The notes under the pieces are model-generated. The model saw only the letters and a list, made by a program, of their open reading frames with translations, did no database searches and was not told where the DNA came from. Made by a program: the position numbers and the translations under genes. From NCBI GenBank assembly GCA_030614005.1, contig JAUWKS010000048.1, forward strand, positions 1 to 24,667: 24,667 nt of DNA, in the 5' to 3' direction. Below are positions 17,822 to 24,667 of this stretch, piece after piece; position 1 is the first letter of the stretch, and the number at the start of each line of letters is the position of its first letter. This DNA is from Candidatus Heimdallarchaeota archaeon (GTDB taxonomy: Archaea > Asgardarchaeota > Heimdallarchaeia > JABLTI01).

Positions 17822-18694
17822 ATGAAGAAAAGAATTATTACATCAATATTTATTATCGCTCTTACTCTCTCTTTGCCTCTTAGTGCAAGTCAAGGGTTAA
17901 GCGTTGGGGACTCTTTTACCTTTGAAGTAAAAGTCGCTTCTGGGAACTTTGAGTACATTGACGGAGTAACTACTATTTCAGGTGAAACAGATAAATTCCG
18001 TGTTGGTGATACAGCTGTAAACAAAGGCAGTCAATTGGATGTCGAAGTAACTAATATTGGAGCAAGCACTGTTAGCTTTGATATCGATCAGGATGGCGTT
18101 AATTTAGCTTCTCCTACATCAAGTGAATTAGGTTTTGCCTTGAGTCTTATTATTTATACTCTTTATCCTTTCATGGTAATGGGTATTTCTAGTGGATCTG
18201 TTCTTGCTGTTGATCCAGATAAAGGTGTCAGTTTAGGGGATATTTGGTATATTGCTCCTCCAACTATGGATTGGGATAGTGTTTATGATACTTTTAATAA
18301 CACTGATAATTGGGCGCCATATTTCTCAGCTTACAATCAATCTGAAGCGGATATGTCTGTAACAACTTCTGCTACTTGGTTTGATGGTGGTGAAACATTA
18401 CGTTTCATTGTTAGTGCTGCAGGTAATTATGTAATCGCTGCTGAAAGCACTGATCTATTAATTATACACGCAGTTGAATTCCATTACAATACTACTAGTT
18501 ACGTCCTCCAAGGATACGATATAAAAACAGCCATATCTGGAGATTATAAAGGAGATTCAACCACATTCAGTTTATCTGCTGAAATTGCAGAGGAGTCGTA
18601 TACTCGAAGAATTGGTATAGAACCTCTTGCTCTCATTCTTGGAATAATTCTATCTTCTGGAGTTCTTGTAATAATCAGAAAACGAAAGAAATAG
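17822..18694 (+). CDS. Secreted surface protein with C-terminal TM/basic-tail anchor (resembles the Asgard choice-of-anchor S family)
   Basis: The real start is likely ATG 17822 (GGTG SD; MKKRIITSIFIIALTLSLPLSASQG signal peptide), not TTG 17651. Beta-rich body; ends in 'LALILGIILSSGVLVIIRKRKK'. The family name is from memory only. Confidence 0.7.
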   Translation: MKKRIITSIFIIALTLSLPLSASQGLSVGDSFTFEVKVASGNFEYIDGVTTISGETDKFRVGDTAVNKGSQLDVEVTNIGASTVSFDIDQDGVNLASPTSSELGFALSLIIYTLYPFMVMGISSGSVLAVDPDKGVSLGDIWYIAPPTMDWDSVYDTFNNTDNWAPYFSAYNQSEADMSVTTSATWFDGGETLRFIVSAAGNYVIAAESTDLLIIHAVEFHYNTTSYVLQGYDIKTAISGDYKGDSTTFSLSAEIAEESYTRRIGIEPLALILGIILSSGVLVIIRKRKK

Positions 18695-18712
18695 TTATGA
18701 ATTTCCAGACTA

Positions 18713-18776
18713 TTTTTTCTTTTCTCTTTTTTTTTATTTTTTAATAGAAAAAAATTCAATAGAGAAGATTCTCTAT
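18713..18776. terminator. Bidirectional terminator zone between convergent genes
   Basis: A long T-rich tract (18713-18742) follows the + gene. On the - strand, hairpin ATAGAGA-AGAT-TCTCTAT (18759-18776) is followed shortly by a T7 run. Confidence 0.5.
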
Positions 18777-18794
18777 CAAACAAATAATAGATAA

Positions 18795-21158
18795 TTATTC
18801 TTCTTCTTTTTTGGTTTCATTGTTTTCTGTAGAGCCCTCTAAACCAAATGAATATCCACTGTAGATTGTTTCCAAAATATCTTTTTCATGTCCAGTTGCA
18901 TCGCTAAAGTCTTCAATTACTTCATCCTGAGGTGATTCAATTAAATCTTCACCTTCAGTAGATTGACTTATTGTTGATCCTATTACTGATAGAGTTTGGC
19001 TGTTTCTAGGTAATGGTTGTCTACTTCTACGTTTCTTTATTTGTCTCACTGAAACGAAAATCAATAGACTTGCGATAGCTAAACCAATTACTAGATAAAT
19101 CACCCAATTATTTGATGAGGTTTGTATAGTATATATTTCAACTTCAATATTGTAGTTGCCATTTCCAGACAATTTGGAAATTTCTAGATATACTTCACCT
19201 AGACTCTGTATTATTTTATAACTTAGTTCAGTAGTTGTTGTTGAGGAATCATCGTCAAATGCTAATAACACATCAGCATAATCAACAAGAAAAATTTCAA
19301 GAGAGATATTTAGTTCATGTGTTACTGTAATAGTAATAGTATCAACATTATTTGTATTGATACTATAATAATCTCGAGGATCTCCTAGTGGCAAGGAACC
19401 AGTAAATGTACCCCCATAAATATGAACAGCTGTAGATAATGAGTCACCAGCATCTCTTCCAGAATCGCCATCATTTTGAGTGGAGGGAGGAGGACCAGTG
19501 CTATCAGCCAAGCTAATTGAAAAAATATAATCGCCATCACCTGCTGCTTTGGAAATTCTAACAAAATAATAACCATATGTAGTAGGTCCATAGACAAGCT
19601 GCTCAGTAGAACCACTATTTGCACTCATAGCAATGAAGTTGTAAGCTGCATCAAAGAGGCTTAAATCAAAATCTGTTCCTGTTGAACCAGATAGAGTGAT
19701 GGTAATATCTCTATTACTAGTTGAGTAGAATTTATAATAATCAAAAGAATCACCTATAGGAAGAGTGCCACTATAAACACCGGTAGAAATTGTTAATGCG
19801 TCAGCAAAATTTGAACCAGCATCTCTACCTGTATTGGCATCATTCTGTAATGGATTAGTTTCATAATCGAATTCAAAATAACCATAGAAATTACTCATAT
19901 TAACAGACAAAGTTGAATTTATACCACCAGTGTTGCAATAGAGTTTTACAAAACTGAGTGTTTGATTTATACCATAATTGCTACTATGCCAATAAAGGAG
20001 ATTACTATTATCTGATAAATTATACAAGTGCAAAGAGAGAAAGTCTCCTGTTCGATTTATTGCGATAGTAATATTTCCAGTGATTCCAGCAGAACCCATC
20101 GAGGTGTTATATTCATCAGCTATACCATATGGATAACCTATAGCTGAATACTGACCTGATGAATTAGTCAAACTATCCTCAACTGAATGCCTGCCGATAG
20201 TAGAATTCGGATTAAGATTGCCCTCAAAATCGTAAATGCTTGAAAGTAACAAACCAAAAGAGCCTATACTTTCATCTGATGTGTAATTATAATAGACATC
20301 CACACTAACATAAAAGTCTGAACAATTACCAAGTAAACCCAATTGGAAATTGTAGGTTTCATTATTATTCTGTTTAGTTGTTTCATTATCATAATAGAAA
20401 TCCAGACCAGAGGAACTTTGTGAACTTTGAATATATGAGGAATTCGTCTCCAGTTGAAAATAAGAGAAATCAGTTACTAAAAGATCAGTTTCGGTTATGG
20501 AAAACACTTTGATGTTATCAAATCTAGCTTGATGCGAAGTGCCATCAGTATAGGCATAGATATTTACATAGCAGTAATCAATTTCCCCTTGATCTATCCC
20601 TGGGAGATAATTGTCAAGACAATAACTTAGGTTTCTATTATTTGTGATAACATGGTCGCTTATTGTCACAAATGAATCAATGAAACTTGCAACACGGATA
20701 TTCTTTTGTGTGGAAGTATCGCTCCAAATATCATTATCACTTAGATAATATCTAACGAACCCTAAATCTCCTGAAGAATCAGAACAAAATGTGAAATAAA
20801 CTGATGCTAGTGCATTCAAAGAAAATGTTGTAGAGTACAAGTCAGCATCGATAAGAGCATTCCAATCCAATAAATGACTAACTGATACCAACCTTAATGA
20901 TCCAGCGGAAGAGGATTGAACACTGAGATAACTACTAATAGTTTCTGTTGAATACCCACCAGAGTTCAATTGTACAGACCATTTCTCTAACCCGTATGTG
21001 AAATCTTCTGAAAAGAAGGTGGTTGTTATGTTTTCAGAGTTGTTACTCAATTCATTGGGTAATGACTGAGCTTTGATTGTTGAGCTATGCTGCATTACAA
21101 AACCAATAACCAGAAGAAATAGAATTATACCAACTGCGAAAAGACTTTTTTTCCTCAT
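18795..21158 (-). CDS. Type-I membrane surface protein with beta-rich N-terminal domains and two tandem PPC-like (pre-peptidase C-terminal) domains
   Basis: ATG 21158 with GGTGA SD (21163-21167) and a signal peptide. Two 123-aa repeats start 'QNDANTGRDAG' (19847) and 'QNDGDSGRDAG' (19478), with 'G.LP.GD..DYY' and 'L.G..GTDFDL.L.D'. TM WVIYLVIGLAIASLLIFVSV is followed by a basic then acidic tail. No protease catalytic motif seen. Confidence 0.75.
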   Translation of the reverse strand: MRKKSLFAVGIILFLLVIGFVMQHSSTIKAQSLPNELSNNSENITTTFFSEDFTYGLEKWSVQLNSGGYSTETISSYLSVQSSSAGSLRLVSVSHLLDWNALIDADLYSTTFSLNALASVYFTFCSDSSGDLGFVRYYLSDNDIWSDTSTQKNIRVASFIDSFVTISDHVITNNRNLSYCLDNYLPGIDQGEIDYCYVNIYAYTDGTSHQARFDNIKVFSITETDLLVTDFSYFQLETNSSYIQSSQSSSGLDFYYDNETTKQNNNETYNFQLGLLGNCSDFYVSVDVYYNYTSDESIGSFGLLLSSIYDFEGNLNPNSTIGRHSVEDSLTNSSGQYSAIGYPYGIADEYNTSMGSAGITGNITIAINRTGDFLSLHLYNLSDNSNLLYWHSSNYGINQTLSFVKLYCNTGGINSTLSVNMSNFYGYFEFDYETNPLQNDANTGRDAGSNFADALTISTGVYSGTLPIGDSFDYYKFYSTSNRDITITLSGSTGTDFDLSLFDAAYNFIAMSANSGSTEQLVYGPTTYGYYFVRISKAAGDGDYIFSISLADSTGPPPSTQNDGDSGRDAGDSLSTAVHIYGGTFTGSLPLGDPRDYYSINTNNVDTITITVTHELNISLEIFLVDYADVLLAFDDDSSTTTTELSYKIIQSLGEVYLEISKLSGNGNYNIEVEIYTIQTSSNNWVIYLVIGLAIASLLIFVSVRQIKKRRSRQPLPRNSQTLSVIGSTISQSTEGEDLIESPQDEVIEDFSDATGHEKDILETIYSGYSFGLEGSTENNETKKEEE

Positions 21159-21254
21159 ATTCTCACCAAATATCACTATGCAATTCCTTAACAATTGAAA
21201 TTAGCTATTTGCAAATATAAACTTTTACAAATAAAAATTGATAGAAAAATGTTC

Positions 21255-21276
21255 AAGTAGAGAGGGTTCTCTACTT
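21255..21276 (-). terminator. Putative terminator hairpin downstream of plsY
   Basis: Perfect 9-bp stem AAGTAGAGA-GGGT-TCTCTACTT, 17 nt past the stop, followed on the - strand by T-rich tracts. Confidence 0.55.
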
Positions 21277-21293
21277 AACATATGATTTGGTAA

Positions 21294-22061
21294 TTAGTCT
21301 TCTTCTTTTTTAGCTTCAGATTTTTCAGTGTCGAATTTCTCACTGAATTGTTGCCCTTCAGACATTTTTAAGGTCCATTCCTCTCCTTTAACAGCTGCTA
21401 TTAAGCTTGGAATGTGCCTTGGTAGTTGAGCTATCCACATACCTAGTGCTATGAAAAACTGTGCCATAAACAAAGTAACAGTCCCTGCAATAACTATTGG
21501 CCATTCTAAATGAATTGCTGTCCAAGGCGGACCGAACCCCATAAACATCGCAACGGGAACGTAGAATATTGCTGATAATACTGTTGATACCCTTGTAGGT
21601 ATTTTAAAAATACCTATCATTAAACCAAATGGTAGAAAATAGACGATTAGAACGAGAGGATTCACCCAAAACAGAGTTCCAATGAATACTGCTGATCCAC
21701 GTCCTCCTTTAAATTTTAAGAAGGGAGAATGATTGTGACCTAAAATACATAATGCTGGTCCAATAGTAACTGCCAATGTGTGCCATATTGGTGAATCATT
21801 TACAAAAGTGTCCATGGAGAAAATCCAATCCAATAATGCAATTGGAATAAAACCTTTCAGAATATCAACGAACATAACTGTAAGACCTATTGGTAACCCG
21901 TAAGTCATAACAGCATTAAATCCGCCTGGGTTTCCAATATTAAAATTCCTGAGATCTTTGCCTGTTGCTAATCTCCCAATGATTACAGAGTATGGAATAG
22001 AACCACTCAAAAATGAAGCTAGTAATCCTAGCACGAGCCACAAAATATTGATGAGAGCCAT
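21294..22061 (-). CDS. plsY: Glycerol-3-phosphate acyltransferase PlsY-family protein (divergent active site)
   Basis: 'SFLSGSIP', 'DLR...GNPG..N', 'DILKG', 'LGHN.SPFLKFKGGRG' and 'RH.......G.E'; multiple TM helices; GGTGA SD (22068-22072). Confidence 0.85.
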   Translation of the reverse strand: MALINILWLVLGLLASFLSGSIPYSVIIGRLATGKDLRNFNIGNPGGFNAVMTYGLPIGLTVMFVDILKGFIPIALLDWIFSMDTFVNDSPIWHTLAVTIGPALCILGHNHSPFLKFKGGRGSAVFIGTLFWVNPLVLIVYFLPFGLMIGIFKIPTRVSTVLSAIFYVPVAMFMGFGPPWTAIHLEWPIVIAGTVTLFMAQFFIALGMWIAQLPRHIPSLIAAVKGEEWTLKMSEGQQFSEKFDTEKSEAKKEED

Positions 22062-22368
22062 TTTTATTCACCTAGAATCTTCTACATTACCATTGCTATA
22101 CCCCTTATTAATTTTTCAGCTGGTTTTTGTGTAGATTTTCTATGGAAATTGGGATCTTAAATTTAACACTTATCGAGTTTCTTGGTTGTATAGTGATTTG
22201 ATTACTAGGGTATTGTATTTTCCAATATCTGGATGAGACCTTAAGTAACTCTAGAAAACTGATTTAACTATTCCAACAGTTGATGCTGAAATAACATTAA
22301 GCAGAAAAATATAAAAGATAGTTAAATAATGAGTTCATTAATTCAAATTATGGATGAATGATTGTACA

Positions 22369-22890
22369 ATGATTTGGGTAACTCGAGATTATGTTCACGT
22401 CGATCGTGTAGCTTGTCCTTGGTTAATAAAACGCTTTATTGATATTAAAGCTCAGTTTATCTTTCTTGGAAAAGGTGAAATAGCCATTTTTGCTGAAAAA
22501 ACAGGCGCAATTCCGTATGATGTTAAAGGCGCTGAAATTGACCATTACAAAAAAGATGGAAAAGACTATTGTACTTTTGATGCGTTAATAGAAAAATACG
22601 AATTAAAAGATGAAGCCTTAGAGCTCCTTCAGAAGATTGTTAACGCAGCAGATTTAGGTAGATTTGAAGAAGAACCATTAGCTTTAGGTCTTGAAGCAAT
22701 CGCCTGTGGTGCGCCATTATTAACAAATTCTGACCATGAGTCTTTAGAAATGGAATTTCCGTTTTATGATGCTCTATATGCTTACCTTCAAGAAAAGATA
22801 ATTCATAAAAAGTATCCAGATGAACTCAAAAAATTCAAAACTCGTGGTGAGAAACAAGCTTTCGTAAAAGAGAAATTAAAAGAATGGTAA
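22369..22890 (+). CDS. Chromate-resistance protein ChrB C-terminal-domain (Chrome_Resist) protein
   Basis: 'WVTR..VHVDRVACPWLIKRFID..A.F.F', 'GA.PYD..GA', 'CTFDALIEKY.L.D.AL..L..IV.AAD' and 'GL.AI..G'. Start at ATG 22369 or 22354. Confidence 0.85.
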   Translation: MIWVTRDYVHVDRVACPWLIKRFIDIKAQFIFLGKGEIAIFAEKTGAIPYDVKGAEIDHYKKDGKDYCTFDALIEKYELKDEALELLQKIVNAADLGRFEEEPLALGLEAIACGAPLLTNSDHESLEMEFPFYDALYAYLQEKIIHKKYPDELKKFKTRGEKQAFVKEKLKEW

Positions 22891-23026
22891 AACTCTGCTG
22901 ATCTCAACAAGTAGAGTCTTGCTAAATTATTCTTCTTAATATTCTTTTTCCAATTTTTTTGTTTCTTCATTAAATTTCAAAGAAATGTTTTCTACAAATT
23001 TCACTTCCGACTACAAAAATAACAAA

Positions 23027-24229
23027 TTAAAAAATAGGTGTTTTTGTTGTATTTTCAACAGTGTTACAACCATTAAATTTAGCAAAGCTATTGAAACCCT
23101 GAACAAGTCTTTCAATTCTATCTTCCGTGAGTGAAACTCCGCCTTCAAAAGCCAACGCTTTTATTTCGAGTTTCTTTTGTGCTCTATGCGCTTTCAAATC
23201 TGCTCTCCCAATCAATTGATAACCATCTAAAATAGGTAGTGCAAAATAACCAAATTTACGTTTGGGTGCAGGGACATAACATTCGATTTTATAGTCATAA
23301 TTCCAAATTTTCGCTGGAAAATTTCTTTCTCGTATAATGTTATCAAAAGGAGTAAGGAATTTTACTTTGTTATTTTTGGCTTCTTTGTTTATTATTGATT
23401 CAAACTTTGGTATATTTTCTTTTAATGAATATTGCTTCTCTTCTTCATCTTCAATTTGAATTTTAACTAGTATATCGTTTTTAACACAGTCTTTCAGATA
23501 ATCAGTAATTGCTTTTTTATTGCGCTTCCAAAGATATTTTGCCGGTTCAGTACCTAAGTAAGTTTTCAATTCCTCCTCATTCGCAATGCCAATGGATGAA
23601 AGAATCGTTTTGATTAGGTACTCCGGAAGAAGATCATCACTCATAGGTTCAGTATCAATATTTGCTGGAACAACATTTTCAGTCAAATCAAATGTTTTCT
23701 GAAAATTCTTTCTGTAAGCTACGAGAAGTTTTCCTTGCAGAAACAAACACTCAAGAGCCATTTTCTCTACTTTCCAATCCCACCAGCCTTCGCTCTTCTT
23801 TGGATTTTCTTTTTTAAAATCTGTACTAGAAGTTAGCCCATTCTTTTTTACATGTGAATAGACTCTATCCATTACTGATTGATTTATCTTAATCCACTTA
23901 TTCCAATAACCAAACAAGCTTTTCTGATTATATTTTATTTTCCAAGCATAGAAAGGATATTCTTCAAAAGGCATTAAACACATCGCATGAGACCAAAACT
24001 CAAACAGTTTTTTTTCTTTGAGCCATTTCCAAACTTCTTTTTCTTGGTAATTTTCTAATCTGTTGAATAAAATTAAATCATGAGATCTTGCTACAACTGA
24101 AATTGTATCTATTTGTACATTATGAATATTTCTAACTACATCTAATACATTTTCAAACGAATTTGATACGCCAAGTCCTTGTTCCTCAATTATGAACTTT
24201 TGTGCAGTATCTCGAGTAATCTCAATCAT
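23027..24229 (-). CDS. YcaQ/AlkZ-family (winged-helix, HTH_42) crosslink-repair DNA glycosylase
   Basis: 'VQIDTISVVARSHDL.LFNR' (QxD motif as in YcaQ), 'LFE.W.H', 'GWWDWK', 'FL.PFDN.I..R' and 'Y..E.YVPA.KR.FGY..LPIL.G..L.GR.D.K'. Start at ATG 24229 (alternative TTG 24238). Confidence 0.88.
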   Translation of the reverse strand: MIEITRDTAQKFIIEEQGLGVSNSFENVLDVVRNIHNVQIDTISVVARSHDLILFNRLENYQEKEVWKWLKEKKLFEFWSHAMCLMPFEEYPFYAWKIKYNQKSLFGYWNKWIKINQSVMDRVYSHVKKNGLTSSTDFKKENPKKSEGWWDWKVEKMALECLFLQGKLLVAYRKNFQKTFDLTENVVPANIDTEPMSDDLLPEYLIKTILSSIGIANEEELKTYLGTEPAKYLWKRNKKAITDYLKDCVKNDILVKIQIEDEEEKQYSLKENIPKFESIINKEAKNNKVKFLTPFDNIIRERNFPAKIWNYDYKIECYVPAPKRKFGYFALPILDGYQLIGRADLKAHRAQKKLEIKALAFEGGVSLTEDRIERLVQGFNSFAKFNGCNTVENTTKTPIF

Positions 24230-24667
24230 AGATTTCAATCTCAGTCAAATCATATATTTCTTTAGTAGAATCTACTTATTACAATAATTTCTTTTCCAAT
24301 GAGATTTTATTGCACTCTTGTAAGAAACCCAGTTATGAATAATCACGCCTATGTAAGATCATTTCTTTCACCCAATAAAATATTATACTCAATAAAGAGC
24401 AGATTTGTTGTTATCGATTTCGTTTTTGTATTTTAAGATAAATTTGATTAATAATTTGAAAAATAGAAAAAACAACCCAATAAAGGACTTCAACTGTTGT
24501 CATGAAATATGGACAAATAGGACATGGAGAAGAATAAACGATTGAAGATCAAGTAATTTTGTGTAGCACGAGGAATACTTTCAGCAATCTCCAGAGAAAA
24601 GGACTTTAAACAAGGAAGAAGCATAGTTCTTTACTGACTGCCAAAAAGTCAACAGCCTTCGAGGCTC

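Noticed and set aside
683-19624. Short alternative-frame and antisense ORFs in the track (683, 1953, 2393, 6598, 7054, 7441, 8026, 8080, 8610, 10460, 11371, 11453, 11957, 13018, 16012, 16771, 17041, 18544, 19385)
   Set aside because: All lie within or overlap well-supported genes, have no recognisable motifs and look like shadow ORFs.
22110-22265. Start-less - strand frame ISFLELLKVSSRYWKIQYPSNQITIQPRNSISVKFKIPISIENLHKNQLKN upstream of plsY
   Set aside because: Vaguely protein-like, but it has no start, no SD and no motif I can name. Not enough to call a pseudogene.
24300-24667. Short frames at the right end (e.g. a 44-aa - strand ORF; a CPICP-containing frame) and the hairpin AGCCT-TCG-AGGCT near the window edge
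   Set aside because: The frames are broken by stops, with no SD or family motif. The hairpin is at the window edge with no context, so no RNA or gene call is supportable.
1-24667. rRNA, tRNA, IS/transposase, integrase or prophage genes
   Set aside because: No GC-rich structured stretch, T-loop/D-loop motifs, DDE or tyrosine-recombinase motifs, or terminal repeats with target duplications were seen by eye.

Overview
AT-rich (roughly one-third GC, by eye), gene-dense window that reads as archaeal and most likely Asgard (Heimdallarchaeia-like). The taxonomy is inferred from GGTGA/GGAG Shine-Dalgarno sites, oligo-T 3' ends, a cytosolic longin-like domain, an LRR protein and a CTERM-type surface protein. 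The left end holds a head-to-head pair of FG-GAP-repeat surface proteins. One is a 1863-aa single-pass receptor-like protein: CBM9/DOMON-like domain, 7 Ca-binding FG-GAP-like blades, about 9 Ig-like domains, a TM helix, then a cytosolic longin-like domain. Next come an LctP-family permease translationally coupled to two tiny membrane peptides (one missed by the ORF track), YciI, DegV/FakB, a PqqB-like MBL protein, a flavin-reductase-like/PCP_red fusion and a missed 50-aa CPxCG zinc finger. A glycyl-radical activase sits beside a glycyl-radical enzyme that keeps every HypD (trans-4-hydroxy-L-proline dehydratase) active-site residue I recall. The right half has an LRR protein, an LVIVD-repeat gene relic, two more surface proteins, a divergent bacterial-type PlsY, a ChrB-domain protein and a YcaQ/AlkZ-type DNA glycosylase. 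I found no rRNA, tRNA, CRISPR array or transposase. All family calls are from motif recognition and memory, not from database searches.
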